NCBI GenBank assembly: GCA_937930695.1
Contig: CALHCB010000087.1
Coordinates: 196-64,195 of the forward strand
From: an uncultured Acidimicrobiales bacterium
Lineage (GTDB): Bacteria > Actinomycetota > Acidimicrobiia > Acidimicrobiales > SZUA-35
Length of the DNA: 64,000 bases
Reading direction: 5' to 3'
In this document: one piece after another, positions 38,606 through 48,841 of the stretch
Position numbering within the stretch: position 1 is the first letter of the stretch
Layout of the letters: the number at the start of each line of letters is the position of its first letter
Program-made: the position numbers and the translations under genes
The notes under the pieces: model-generated
The model's input: the letters and a program-made list of their open reading frames with translations, nothing else
Databases searched by the model: none
Told to the model about the DNA's origin: nothing

Positions 38606-39417
38606 TCGGCTACACGATCGTCGGTGGCTTTCTTGGTTCGGGAAAGACATCGCTCATCAACTCGCTTCTCTCCACGACTACCGAGCGGACCACCGTCATT
38701 GTCAACGACCTTGGCGACGTCAACATCGATGCGGCCCTGATCGCCTCGGTCAGCGACGACACCATCGAACTGACCAATGGATGTGTGTGCTGCTCGATCG
38801 GCGACAGCCTGGCGACCACATTGCGCGACCTCAGCATGGTGTCGTCGCCCCCAGATCGCATCGTGCTGGAGTGCAGCGGAGCCGCCGACCCGGGACTCGT
38901 CGCTCGCTACGGCAGTAGAAGAGTGCTCGCCGAACCAGTTGTCGTCGTCACCGCAGACGCCACAGACGTGCGCCGCCGCTCCGAGGATCCGCGCTTTGCA
39001 TCTCTTGTGACCGCGCAACTCAAACGTGCCGACCTGCTCGTCGTCACCAAGAGCGACCTCGTAGAGGACGCTTCAGAAACCGCGACATGGCTCCAATCCA
39101 TGGTGACCGCGACCGTCGTCATCGGCCATCCAGACGAGATCGGGTCTGTCCTTCCTCAACAGCGCATGACAATCGAATCATCCCAACCCCCGATGCTGAC
39201 CACGGGCCGTCATGTGTTCAACGAACGCGTCGTAGCAACTGATATCGCCAGTTGGCTTCGATCGATCCCCGGGCTGGTGCGGGCGAAGGGGGTTGTTGCG
39301 ACTGCATCGGGTCCCCTGCTGATTCAGTGGGCAGCAGATCAGTTCGAGATGACACCGTGGAACGGCCACACCATGCCGAACGAAATCATCACGATCGCCG
39401 CTGAGACCGCCTTCTAG
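38602..39417 (+). CDS. CobW/HypB/UreG (G3E) family GTPase, short form
   Basis: P-loop GGFLGSGKTSLIN and the metal motif GCVCCS. GTGA overlap with the amidohydrolase stop. Confidence 0.85.
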   Translation: MIGYTIVGGFLGSGKTSLINSLLSTTTERTTVIVNDLGDVNIDAALIASVSDDTIELTNGCVCCSIGDSLATTLRDLSMVSSPPDRIVLECSGAADPGLVARYGSRRVLAEPVVVVTADATDVRRRSEDPRFASLVTAQLKRADLLVVTKSDLVEDASETATWLQSMVTATVVIGHPDEIGSVLPQQRMTIESSQPPMLTTGRHVFNERVVATDIASWLRSIPGLVRAKGVVATASGPLLIQWAADQFEMTPWNGHTMPNEIITIAAETAF

Positions 39418-40907
39418 TCAGCAACCCAGGCTGCTTCGGGGTCGATTGGCCAACGTGGCCCGTCGACTCGGGGATGATCGAAATTCTCGACTCGAAGCGT
39501 CGTCAATCCCGGACTGTCAGCGGTGATCACTTCCGTTGCCAGCTCATCGAATCCCGCCCTGAAGTGTTGACTGCTCTTGAGCACGACAAGGTCGAATCGA
39601 GTCACATCGATGCCATGCAGCGAAAAGACCTCGGCGTCGAACACCTGGGACCGAGCAGATCCAACGAGAATGTCTATTCCCCCTCGACCGCCCATCTGCA
39701 GACGGGCCATAGGTCCATAGTTGGCTCGAGCGCCGGCCAGCATCGGAGTCGTATAGACAAACCTGCCATCGCTTGTGGACTTCACGTAAACCGTGATCTC
39801 GAGCGGACTGCCGTGGAGATCGTCATGCTTCCCACCCAGAGAGATCTCGATAGTTGACCCGGCACCAGCATCATGAGCTTGCTCTGCGACCTGAGGGTCG
39901 AAAATGTACCCGAAACAGGAGTTCTCTGGATTCGCCTCGATCAGCGCCCGTAACACGTGGGTGGCGTCCCCTGGTGTCCCTCCGCCAGGGTTGTCCGCGG
40001 TGTCGTTGATCACGACAGGTCCGCCTCGTTCAACGATCACGCGCTGGGCCTGGCGGATCGCAATCTCTGGTGTCAAAGACTCCAAGCGAAATTCTTCCCG
40101 ACGATCCCAGACCTCTGCCGCGATTTGCTGGGCAACCGCCCGAGCCAGCGCCGGATCAGCGTTCGTCGTGACAACGACCGAAGCTCCCGCAGCCGGAATA
40201 TCGGTGAACGGAAATCCGTGGAAGAACGCGCACCGCAGAACGCCTTCCACACGCTCCAACTCAAGACACCGGTCACGGATATCTCCTGCCGGTGCGATCG
40301 TGGTGCTCGACGTCGGCAGCAGAAGAGGAAGCCGCTCCACATGCGTGGTCGGATTCCATTCACCCGAGACAAGGTTCGGGACAGCCTCGATGGCCTCAAT
40401 CCCGCGTTCGTACATGTCGACATGCGGGTATTCGTAAACGCCGAGTAGGAGGTCATAGAGGTCCCCCATCTCCTGGGTGATCGCTCCATGAAGATCAAGT
40501 GTTGAGATGAGCGGTACGTCGAAGCCGATCACCTCGCGAATCGATTGACCGAGGTCTGATTCGAGATCGTCGATGCCCTCCGCGATGCCGGCACCGTGAG
40601 TGTCCAGAACCACCGCGTCGAGCGGCATTGCGGCAGCGATGCCAGCGACGAGGTCGTCTCGGAGCGTCCGATACGCCTCCCCGTCGATGGTGCCCGAGGG
40701 CTGCGCAAACGCGTGGAGGACAGGCACCACATCGTGATCGTTTGCCTCGGCTGCGAAGAGCATCCCACCCATGAACGTGCGAGTCCCGGCGTAGGTCGCA
40801 ATGGCCTCTCCGCGCCGAACGTCGAATGAATCCATCGTGGTCATGCCGAACGACTGCACGGCGTAGGTGTTGGTCTCGTGGACTATGCCACCGAGGGCGA
40901 TTCGCAT
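39414..40907 (-). CDS. M81 family metallopeptidase (MlrC-like)
   Basis: Typical N-terminus MRIALGGIVHETNTY. The 146 Arg/Pro-rich codons upstream in tracked ORF 39414..41345 are rejected. Confidence 0.85.
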   Translation of the reverse strand: MRIALGGIVHETNTYAVQSFGMTTMDSFDVRRGEAIATYAGTRTFMGGMLFAAEANDHDVVPVLHAFAQPSGTIDGEAYRTLRDDLVAGIAAAMPLDAVVLDTHGAGIAEGIDDLESDLGQSIREVIGFDVPLISTLDLHGAITQEMGDLYDLLLGVYEYPHVDMYERGIEAIEAVPNLVSGEWNPTTHVERLPLLLPTSSTTIAPAGDIRDRCLELERVEGVLRCAFFHGFPFTDIPAAGASVVVTTNADPALARAVAQQIAAEVWDRREEFRLESLTPEIAIRQAQRVIVERGGPVVINDTADNPGGGTPGDATHVLRALIEANPENSCFGYIFDPQVAEQAHDAGAGSTIEISLGGKHDDLHGSPLEITVYVKSTSDGRFVYTTPMLAGARANYGPMARLQMGGRGGIDILVGSARSQVFDAEVFSLHGIDVTRFDLVVLKSSQHFRAGFDELATEVITADSPGLTTLRVENFDHPRVDGPRWPIDPEAAWVAD

Positions 40908-40981
40908 CCCCGCACAGTAGGGCGGCGCCGCATCGGGTGAGACACGTCGACCCCAAGGAGAACCGCGCTCCCAGTTTGGGT

Positions 40982-41677
40982 ATGAGCGATACTCCGGGGA
41001 TGTCCTCTGGTGAGCCTGTTCATGTCCGGACAGCTCGCGCGGTCTATGACCACTCCGCTGAGCAGTTTGTCGAGGCGGTCGGGACGACGGTTTCGCCTGA
41101 TTTCGAGGCTCCGCTGGATCGAGCTGTTCTCCACGCCTTTGCTGAGGACCTCCTGAATCGGCCCGGCAGTGTCCTGGACGCCGGATGCGGGCCGGGACGA
41201 GTCGCCGCACTGCTCGCCGGGAAAGGCCTACGTGTTCAGGGCATCGATCTCTCGTCGGGCATGATCGAGGCTGCTCGCAAGGCCCATCCGCACATTGACT
41301 TCGATGTCGCCCCGTTGACCGCACTTCCCGTTGCCGATGACTCATTGGCTGGCGTGGCGTATTGGTACTCGATCATCGCCACACCCTTGGAAGAGCTCGG
41401 TTCGGTGTGGGCCGAACTCGACCGGGTGCTGGTTCGAACGGGTCTGGCTCTCATCGCATTCCAAGCGGGCGACAACGAGTCGCTCCTGCGGCCCGATGCC
41501 TACGGTTCTTCGAGCACGCTCACGCTCTATCACCACAACGTTGAGGCAGTTGTGGAATCGCTCGGAATCGCCGAATTCAACGTTCGTGCCGAGGTTCGGC
41601 GCCGCCCTCGACTCGCCCACGAGTCGACCGACCAAGCCTTTCTGCTTGTCGAACGGTGCCCAACTCCGGCTGGCTAG
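40982..41677 (+). CDS. Class I SAM-dependent methyltransferase
   Basis: Motif I VLDAGCGPGR. The start is at ATG 40982 (MSDTPGM...). Confidence 0.85.
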   Translation: MSDTPGMSSGEPVHVRTARAVYDHSAEQFVEAVGTTVSPDFEAPLDRAVLHAFAEDLLNRPGSVLDAGCGPGRVAALLAGKGLRVQGIDLSSGMIEAARKAHPHIDFDVAPLTALPVADDSLAGVAYWYSIIATPLEELGSVWAELDRVLVRTGLALIAFQAGDNESLLRPDAYGSSSTLTLYHHNVEAVVESLGIAEFNVRAEVRRRPRLAHESTDQAFLLVERCPTPAG

Positions 41678-41710
41678 ATCAGCGGATCACTGCCCGCCTA
41701 GTCTCACTCG

Positions 41711-42442
41711 ATGCGCCTCAGACAGATTGCCCTGGTTGCCACTGAACTTCGCCCGGTTGAGGAGACCATCTGCAACGAACTCGGTCTCGAGATGTGTTAC
41801 CGCGATCCCGGGCTTGCAGCCTTCGGACTGCGTCATGGCTTGTACCCGATCGGTGATCGCATTCTCGAAGTCGTTGTTCCCAAACAGCCAGGGACCACTG
41901 CCGAACGCTTTCTCGAACGCCGAGGCGGCGACGGCGGCTACATGGTGTTGCTCCAGACTGATGATGTCGACGCCGAACGCGAGCGAGTGACTGAGGCTGG
42001 ATTTCGATTGATTCATGACGGCGGCCTCGTGCAGCCAACAACGGCGCCGGGAGAGGATCCGGCCTCGATCCACGGGATTCATCTCCACCCAAAGGATGTT
42101 GGCGGCGCAATCTTGTCCATTGACCAGGCCAACCCGCCCGAGAGCTGGGCATGGGCCGGCTACGACTGGGAGTATCACAGCCGGTCCGGAGTCGTTTCGG
42201 ACTTGATCGCCATCGACATTCAAGCGACCGATCCGGCCGAGCTCGCCGAACGATGGGGACGGGCGCTTGACCGAACGGTCGAGCCGAATCACACCATCGA
42301 GTTGAGCGATGCGACGATCCGCTTTGTCGAAGATGCCGACGGTCGTGGTGACGGCCTCGCCGCCGCCGATCTGGTCGCGACCGATCGCAGCCGTGCTGGC
42401 GAAACCCTCGAGATCTGCGGATTTCGCTTCAATCTTGTCTAA
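41711..42442 (+). CDS. VOC / glyoxalase-like domain protein
   Basis: MRLRQIALVATELRPVEETICNELGL... is a glyoxalase-like N-terminus. Confidence 0.7.
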   Translation: MRLRQIALVATELRPVEETICNELGLEMCYRDPGLAAFGLRHGLYPIGDRILEVVVPKQPGTTAERFLERRGGDGGYMVLLQTDDVDAERERVTEAGFRLIHDGGLVQPTTAPGEDPASIHGIHLHPKDVGGAILSIDQANPPESWAWAGYDWEYHSRSGVVSDLIAIDIQATDPAELAERWGRALDRTVEPNHTIELSDATIRFVEDADGRGDGLAAADLVATDRSRAGETLEICGFRFNLV

Positions 42443-42474
42443 CCAACTGTTCCCGAAGAGAATCGAGAGCACGC

Positions 42475-42769
42475 ATGCCAGATCTTGCAGACGTCCAGCG
42501 CTTCCTCGCCGACGACACCGGACTTGCCACCGTGAGTACGGTCCAGGCGAACGGCGACGTGCTTTCGAGTGTCGTGAACTGTGGTGTCATCGATCACCCT
42601 GTCAGCGGCGAGGCATCTATCGCGCTCGTCTCCCGAGGTGGGGCCCATCTTCTCCGCTGCAGGCGGGACACATGATGATTGGGATGAATATGACCGGGTT
42701 ATGGCTGATGATCAACGAATTGCCGTGTTCGTCAGCCCCGATCGGATTCTCGGGGTGACACCCGTCTAA
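42475..42769 (+). pseudogene. Remnant of an F420-type PPOX-class (pyridoxamine-phosphate-oxidase fold) oxidoreductase, with an internal deletion and frameshift
   Basis: The N-terminal part is in frame 1 (MPDLADVQRFLADDTGLATVSTVQANGDV..., stop at 42673-42675). The family-like C-terminus (...HDDWDEYDRVMADDQRIAVFVSPDRILGV) is in frame 2. The whole locus is only 295 nt, which is shorter than I recall for intact members. Confidence 0.5.
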
Positions 42770-42786
42770 GCCGGGGCAACGACGAC

Positions 42787-43749
42787 TCAGTGAGCGGCGC
42801 CAGCGGCGGGCGTTGCATCGTGTGATTCTTTGCCATGGAACTGCGAGACGATCGCCACGACGATGCCACCCACGATCAATCCCACGACTGCGGACAGTGC
42901 GGTGTTGACCAGCCAGGCCAGCACACCGCCGACTCCCCCAACTCCATGCACTGATTCCTCGAGGTCGTGCACGATGTCGTAGGGCAAGTCCCAACCGAGC
43001 TCATGCGCACCGACCACCAGAATGTGTCCGCCGACCCACAGCATTGCCGCCGTCCCAATGATGGAAAGCCACTTGAGCAAGATCGGCATGCCCGACACCA
43101 TCGCTCTCCCAAGCTTCTGGGAAGACTCCTCTTCTCTACTCGCGAGCGACAGCCCAATATCGTCCATCTTGACGATGAGCGCCACGACGCCATAAACGAT
43201 CACCGTGATGAAGAGCGCGACGACCACCATGATCACCGAACGCGACACGAAACTCTCGTCAATGACCTCTTTCAACGAGATCACCATGATTTCTGCGGAG
43301 AGAATGAAGTCGGTTCGGACCGCACCAGAAATTGTTGCTGCTTCGGCCTCTGGTCCTTGCATCGCCACCGGGATGTCGTGGCTGTGGTCGTCGCCCTTGA
43401 GCGCGTGGTAGACCTTCTCGGCGCCTTCGAAACACAGGTATGTTCCGCCGAGCATCAGGATGATCTCGACCAACAACGGCACAAACTCGCTGAGCAGCAA
43501 CACCGCCGGCAAGATGAACAGCAGCTTGTTGCGAAGCGAGCCGATGGCGATCTTCTTAATGATCGGCAGCTCACGATCGGCCGCCAAGCCTTGGACATAG
43601 GCCGGCGTGACGGCGGTGTCATCAACCACAACGCCCGCAGCCTTGGCACTGGCACGACCTGCTGCAGCTCCCACGTCGTCGATTGACGCCGCGGCGAGCT
43701 TCGCCAACGCTGCAATATCGTCGAGCAACCCGACTAGACCACCAGCCAT
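42787..43749 (-). CDS. DUF808 family inner-membrane protein (YedI-like)
   Basis: Characteristic N-terminus MAGGLVGLLDDIAALAKLAAASIDDV... followed by TM segments. Confidence 0.85.
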   Translation of the reverse strand: MAGGLVGLLDDIAALAKLAAASIDDVGAAAGRASAKAAGVVVDDTAVTPAYVQGLAADRELPIIKKIAIGSLRNKLLFILPAVLLLSEFVPLLVEIILMLGGTYLCFEGAEKVYHALKGDDHSHDIPVAMQGPEAEAATISGAVRTDFILSAEIMVISLKEVIDESFVSRSVIMVVVALFITVIVYGVVALIVKMDDIGLSLASREEESSQKLGRAMVSGMPILLKWLSIIGTAAMLWVGGHILVVGAHELGWDLPYDIVHDLEESVHGVGGVGGVLAWLVNTALSAVVGLIVGGIVVAIVSQFHGKESHDATPAAGAAH

Positions 43750-43868
43750 CTCACATCCATCTCATAGCGGAGCGACAAAGGGGTCAGGGTAATTCGCTTC
43801 GCCGCCCGAAACGACGATCGATCAACCAAAGACGTTTGCGCGACCCAACGACCAGCGCGATGAGCCCC

Positions 43869-44825
43869 TCAACCAGCCGCGCTCGGGTTGGTCATGGGGA
43901 GGTCGGGATCGGCTGTCCATTCCATCAAACTGCCGTCGTAGACCGAGACGTTGGTCTTTCCAAAGAGCGCCATAGCGAACGCATCGACGGTCGCTGCGAT
44001 GGCTCCGCCGCAATAGGTGATGACATCGCGTTCTTCAAGGAGTCCCGACTCCGTCAGGTGAGCATGCATCGATGCGGCATCGGCAAATCCGGCAGTTTCC
44101 GTCTCGATCAGTGACCGAAATGGAACGTTGATGGCGCCAGTGATGTGGCCCGACCTCGGCCCGTAGGACGTCCCCGTCCCGTCAAAACTGTCTGCGGGCA
44201 ATGCATCGACGAGGCATACCGACGCCTCAGCCCCGTCGGTGCGCACATTCTGCGCGGCGCTCAGCACATCGTCCTTGGTTGCTCTCGCCTGTTCCCAGCC
44301 GGCCGAGGGCACGAACGGGTCGACGACTTCAGGTATGACCGAGGCTTCATCTGTGAGGGCCCGACCCTCGGCTTCCCATCGCTCCAGACCGCCCTGGAGA
44401 ATGGAGCACTCGACGCCGTAGTGATGCAACGTCCACCACGCACGAGTGCACCACATGGTCCCGGAGTCGATGTCCGGACGAGGCGTTCGGCCCACGAGCA
44501 CGACTTTGGTGGCCGCGCCGATTCCGACGGCGGCCAAAGACCCACTGATCTGATCGGGAGTCGGCCACATCCACGGCAACGCTTCGTCTGTATTCGACAG
44601 GGCACCCTTTCCTGCGGGCACATCGAAGAGGATCGAGCCGGGAATGTGGCTCTCCTGATAGCACTCTTCTTCGGCTCGGTTCTCAAGCCGGCTTGTCAGC
44701 TTCGCGGTGACGTCCAAGATGCGCACGTTCGGATCATCAAGCTTGCCTGCAAGCCACTCGGTGGTCACCAGGTACTCGGGATGAGAGAACTCCACTGGGG
44801 CGCTCGCCTTCTGTGTTGATGACAC
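43869..44825 (-). CDS. Two-domain rhodanese sulfurtransferase (SseA/thiosulfate-3-mercaptopyruvate type)
   Basis: Tandem rhodanese domains with the active-site loop ITYCGGAIAAT. The start is tentatively GTG 44825. The upstream part of ORF 43869..45044 is Arg/Gly-rich and overlaps the next gene. Confidence 0.82.
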   Translation of the reverse strand: MSSTQKASAPVEFSHPEYLVTTEWLAGKLDDPNVRILDVTAKLTSRLENRAEEECYQESHIPGSILFDVPAGKGALSNTDEALPWMWPTPDQISGSLAAVGIGAATKVVLVGRTPRPDIDSGTMWCTRAWWTLHHYGVECSILQGGLERWEAEGRALTDEASVIPEVVDPFVPSAGWEQARATKDDVLSAAQNVRTDGAEASVCLVDALPADSFDGTGTSYGPRSGHITGAINVPFRSLIETETAGFADAASMHAHLTESGLLEERDVITYCGGAIAATVDAFAMALFGKTNVSVYDGSLMEWTADPDLPMTNPSAAG

Positions 44826-44884
44826 ACCGGTTGCGTCGTGGCTCGATCGTAGGCTCGTATCTCGGTCCAAACCCAACGCTGCCG

Positions 44885-47800
44885 CTATCGGCGCGAGCGC
44901 AGCGCTGTCGTTCCTTCCGTATCGAGCGTGCCGGCCCCCGAGAGCACCACGCCATAGTCGCGTCGTGCCCCGTCCACGGAAACGACGCCATCTCGGACAT
45001 CGCGTACCACCAACGCGGGATCGCGCTCCAGCGGGTCGCCCCAACCTCCGCCCCCCGGCGTCTCTGCGGTCATTCGAGCAGGCCCGAGGCGAGTGACGCC
45101 GTACTTTGGCGGGACAAACTCCTCGGCGTCGACCGGCGCGATCGTTTCGAGGCCAACGCCGCCGTCACCGCCGTTGCGGACGCCATGGCCGCTCACGGAC
45201 CCGAGCCCCTCTGCCCGGAACGACCAGGTGGCTGCTTCGAGCACATCGGCAACGTAGCGAACTCCGGTCCCGCCTCGACGGAGACCAGGACCAGCGTTGT
45301 CGCATCGTTGTTCGTGCGTGATGTACCGCACGGGAAACATCTGCTCATGGAACTCGAGGTTGGGAATGTCCAGACCGCCGAGGCTGATGAGGTGCCCCAT
45401 TTGAGCGAACCCGTCCCGTTCAGCTGTCGCTCCAGGAGTGCCCATCGCATGCCAGTGGTACATCACCCAGGTCGTCCCGTCGTCGCGCTTTCCTGCGACG
45501 TGACCGTGCATCGTCTTGGACCATGCAGCGCAGGCTCGATCCGGGTCAGCTTGCGCCAACGCCTGCCAAACCGCAATCACGATCTCGTGGGCGACATACA
45601 CCGTGTTCATCGTCATCGGTGCAGGCGGAAGCGCATTGACGATCGTGCCCTCGGGAGCCACGATCGTGACACCGCGATATGTGCCCTCGTTCCGGGGAAT
45701 CGAGGTATCGAAGAAGGAAGAGATCGCCAGATACACCGACGAGTATGTGTTGGCGACCGAGCTGTTCTTGAAGCCTTCTATCTGCGGGTCCGTCCCCGTG
45801 AAGTCGACGCGCATTTCATCGCCCTCGATCGTGACGGCAACGCGCACCGCAATATCGGTTTCGACAAAACAGTCGTTGTCCGAGTGATCTTCGCCGAGGT
45901 AGACACCATCGGGAAGGCCTCGTACCGCGGTTCGCATACGTCGATCGGCGTGCTCCAGCACGCCCGCCAGGTAGCGCAGGTATTCCGCGTGCCCCAGTTC
46001 GGCGACCAACGATTGCACCCGCTCTCCACCAATTCTCGTCGATCCGATCATGGCGAGGAGATCGCCATCAAGCAGCTCGGGAGTGCGGCAGTTGATCAAC
46101 AAAAGCTCCCAGAGATCTTCTCGCACGACTCCGGCTTCGATCAGCTTCAGCACAGGCAACCGGATACCTTCCTGCCAGATTTCGGTGGCCTCCGGGTTGT
46201 ATGTGCCAGCTAGTCCTCCGCCGATGTCGTTCTGGTGTGCACGGTTGCAACAGAATCCGACAAGCTCGGGCTCGAGTGGTTCTCCATCGTCGGTGAGACC
46301 GTCGACGTCCATGAACACCGGTCGGGCAATGACCCAGTCCGGCAGGTGGTTACCGCCTGCGACGTACGGATCGGACAGGAGGAACACATCGTCGGGAGCA
46401 ATACGACCAGCAAACCGGTTGAGGAGTGCCCTCACCGCAAAGCCTCCACCGCCCGTATGGATCGGTATCCCGTCGGCGTTTGCGACCAGCGTTCCGTCGG
46501 GCGTGGTGATGAAACAACTGAAGTCGTGACTCTGGCTGAAGATCGTGCTTCGAGCCGTTCGTGTCATCACCCAACCCATGTGCTCGGTGATCTGATCGAG
46601 CCGGTTCTGCATCAGCGCCAGAATGATTGGGTCGAGCGTTGCGGCCCCGGGTACCACGTCGCCTGAGGTGCTCAGGCGTGTGCCATCGACGTCAATCACG
46701 AAGTTGTTCTCGTGGTCGACGACCAGCGAAGACCCGGGTGGAACGACAACCGTCGTCGTGAGCTCTTCAATGAGCGCCGGACCGTCGAATTGGTGCTGAG
46801 CACCGATTCCCTGACCATCGAAGACTGGCGCCGCTACCCAGCCGTGCCCAGGGAACCAGACGTTACGGGTCTCGATTGGTTCGGGCAGTGGACCCACCTC
46901 AGGTGCAGGTGTCGCCACCACATCACCGGTTGAACCGGTTGCCGTCATACGAAGGGACGCGATCATGATCGTGCCGTCGTTCTGCACGTGGCCGTACAGC
47001 CGCTCGTACTCAGATTCAAAGTCGGCTCTGATTTGTTCAGGATCAAACGCGCCGTCTTCAAGCCGCACTCGAATCGCCCAGATTTGCCCGGGGTGGTGCA
47101 ACTCCAGCTCGTAGCGGAGCGCCACGGCATCCGGTGCAAATCCTTCGTCAGCCATGACGCCGAGTGCACGAGTTTGAAGTTCACCAAACCCTGTGTCGAC
47201 GTCGGTGGCCTCACGCTGGTCGAGCGACCCGACCAGTACCTTCGTGAAGTCGTGACGGATGTCGGTGTGAAGCATGCCGATGGCGCACAGAGCCCCGGCG
47301 TCTCGAGGGACGTACACACGATTGCATCCCAGCCCCGCTCCAACGGACGCGCCGTGCATCGGTCCGGCACCACCAGCGGCAACCAAGGTGAAACGCCGGG
47401 GAGAGTGCCCACGCTCGATCGAAATGTGCTCGACCGCGCTCAGCAGGTGCTGCTCGGTCAGCTCGAGAATTCCGGCCGCGGCATCGTGGACCGAAAGGCC
47501 CAGCGGTTCAGCTACGTGCAACCGAATGGCCTCTTCTGCCGAAGCGAGATCGAGATCGAGGGTTCCGCCGGCCGACTTTCCTGGTCGAAGACGCCCGAGA
47601 ACGAGGTGAGCATCGGTGACCGTCGGTCGCGTTCCCCCTCGCTGGTAGCAGGCGGGGCCGGGGTCGGCTCCTGCCCCTTCTGGCCCGACGAAGAGCATCC
47701 CCGCATCGTCGACTCCGGCGATCGTGCCGCCTCCAGCCCCAATCGTGTGGATGTCGATCGCGGGGGTCGATACGTGGTAGCCAGCGACATCGAGATCGTC

Positions 47801-48796
47801 CTTCGTCGCGACTTCGCGACCCGACATCAACAGCACGTCGCACGACGTGCCGCCGATCTCCATCGAGATCACGTTTCCCTCATCGTGTTGCGCCACGCCC
47901 AGTTCATCTACAGCCCGGCTGTATGCAGAAAGGGCTCCCACGGCCGCAGCGGGGCCGCTCAGGAGAAGGTTGACTGGCCGATCAGCCAATTGTTCAACCG
48001 AGGCCGCCCCGCCGTTTGATTGCACGAGAAGCAGCGGTCGGTTGAGCCCGAGCGCCGCGAGCTCAGACTCAAGCGATTGGAGATACCCCACGATGCGGGG
48101 CATGAGCGTTGCGTTGACGACCGCGGTCGACGTGCGTTCGTACTCCCCCATCAGCGGCGACACGTTGGCAGAGGTTGTGATCCAGTCGCCCTCCCACCGG
48201 GTTGCGATCTCGGCCGCAACGGCATCTTCGTGATCTGAGTTTGCGTAGCTGTTCATGAAGGCGACTGCCACGGATTCCACACCTTCAGCCCGAAACTGGT
48301 CGAGCGCATCATCAAGGCCCGTGAGGTCGAGCGGTTCATGTTCGGTGCCGTCGGCATCGATTCGTCCGCCGACGGGAAGCCGCAGGTAGCGAGGAACCAG
48401 CACGGGCGCATACGGCGCCCGGTGATTCCATTGGTCGCTCCGCAGGCCCCGTCTGATCTCGACAACATCACGAAATCCATCGGTCGTGAGAAGTCCGACG
48501 GTCGCCCCCTTGCCTTCGAGCATGGTGTTCGTGGCGACCGTCGATCCGTGAACGAACAACTCGCAATTGGCCAGCACTTCCTGGGTTGGCAGTCCGAGAT
48601 CCACTGCGATCCGTTCCACCGCAGCAATGACGCCGCGACTCGGATCAGCGGGCACCGACGGCACCTTTGCGACCCACGTGTGGCCTGCGACATCGCCGAG
48701 AACGAGGTCGGTGAACGTGCCGCCCACGTCAACCCCGATACGCCACGGCGCTCGAGGTCGGCGGATCTCATCCCCTGTTCGGTGTGCTTCGTTCAT
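44885..48796 (-). CDS. Fused hydantoinase A / hydantoinase B protein (5-oxoprolinase / ATP-dependent lactamase family)
   Basis: The N-terminal half is HyuA-like (WRIGVDVGGTFTDLV...) and the C-terminal half is HyuB-like, in one reading frame. The start is placed at ATG 48796 (MNEAHR...) to avoid overlap with the divergent gene. Confidence 0.9.
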   Translation of the reverse strand: MNEAHRTGDEIRRPRAPWRIGVDVGGTFTDLVLGDVAGHTWVAKVPSVPADPSRGVIAAVERIAVDLGLPTQEVLANCELFVHGSTVATNTMLEGKGATVGLLTTDGFRDVVEIRRGLRSDQWNHRAPYAPVLVPRYLRLPVGGRIDADGTEHEPLDLTGLDDALDQFRAEGVESVAVAFMNSYANSDHEDAVAAEIATRWEGDWITTSANVSPLMGEYERTSTAVVNATLMPRIVGYLQSLESELAALGLNRPLLLVQSNGGAASVEQLADRPVNLLLSGPAAAVGALSAYSRAVDELGVAQHDEGNVISMEIGGTSCDVLLMSGREVATKDDLDVAGYHVSTPAIDIHTIGAGGGTIAGVDDAGMLFVGPEGAGADPGPACYQRGGTRPTVTDAHLVLGRLRPGKSAGGTLDLDLASAEEAIRLHVAEPLGLSVHDAAAGILELTEQHLLSAVEHISIERGHSPRRFTLVAAGGAGPMHGASVGAGLGCNRVYVPRDAGALCAIGMLHTDIRHDFTKVLVGSLDQREATDVDTGFGELQTRALGVMADEGFAPDAVALRYELELHHPGQIWAIRVRLEDGAFDPEQIRADFESEYERLYGHVQNDGTIMIASLRMTATGSTGDVVATPAPEVGPLPEPIETRNVWFPGHGWVAAPVFDGQGIGAQHQFDGPALIEELTTTVVVPPGSSLVVDHENNFVIDVDGTRLSTSGDVVPGAATLDPIILALMQNRLDQITEHMGWVMTRTARSTIFSQSHDFSCFITTPDGTLVANADGIPIHTGGGGFAVRALLNRFAGRIAPDDVFLLSDPYVAGGNHLPDWVIARPVFMDVDGLTDDGEPLEPELVGFCCNRAHQNDIGGGLAGTYNPEATEIWQEGIRLPVLKLIEAGVVREDLWELLLINCRTPELLDGDLLAMIGSTRIGGERVQSLVAELGHAEYLRYLAGVLEHADRRMRTAVRGLPDGVYLGEDHSDNDCFVETDIAVRVAVTIEGDEMRVDFTGTDPQIEGFKNSSVANTYSSVYLAISSFFDTSIPRNEGTYRGVTIVAPEGTIVNALPPAPMTMNTVYVAHEIVIAVWQALAQADPDRACAAWSKTMHGHVAGKRDDGTTWVMYHWHAMGTPGATAERDGFAQMGHLISLGGLDIPNLEFHEQMFPVRYITHEQRCDNAGPGLRRGGTGVRYVADVLEAATWSFRAEGLGSVSGHGVRNGGDGGVGLETIAPVDAEEFVPPKYGVTRLGPARMTAETPGGGGWGDPLERDPALVVRDVRDGVVSVDGARRDYGVVLSGAGTLDTEGTTALRSRR

Positions 48797-48841
48797 CTCA
48801 TCCACTCCCTTTCGGACCAAAGAATCTGAAAGACTCGGCCA

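Noticed and set aside
39414-39417. Convergent genes sharing the palindromic CTAG as overlapping stop codons
   Set aside because: This is a trivial consequence of TAG being read on both strands and carries no functional implication.
40908-41345. 146-codon N-terminal extension of the MlrC-like ORF. The same applies to the extensions of ORFs 3070, 9073, 12366, 14956, 19695..21089, 29167, 43869..45044, 52394..53203 and 55274.
   Set aside because: The extensions are Arg/Pro/Ser/Gly-rich, overlap neighbouring genes or promoters, and precede canonical family N-termini that begin at internal ATG or GTG codons.
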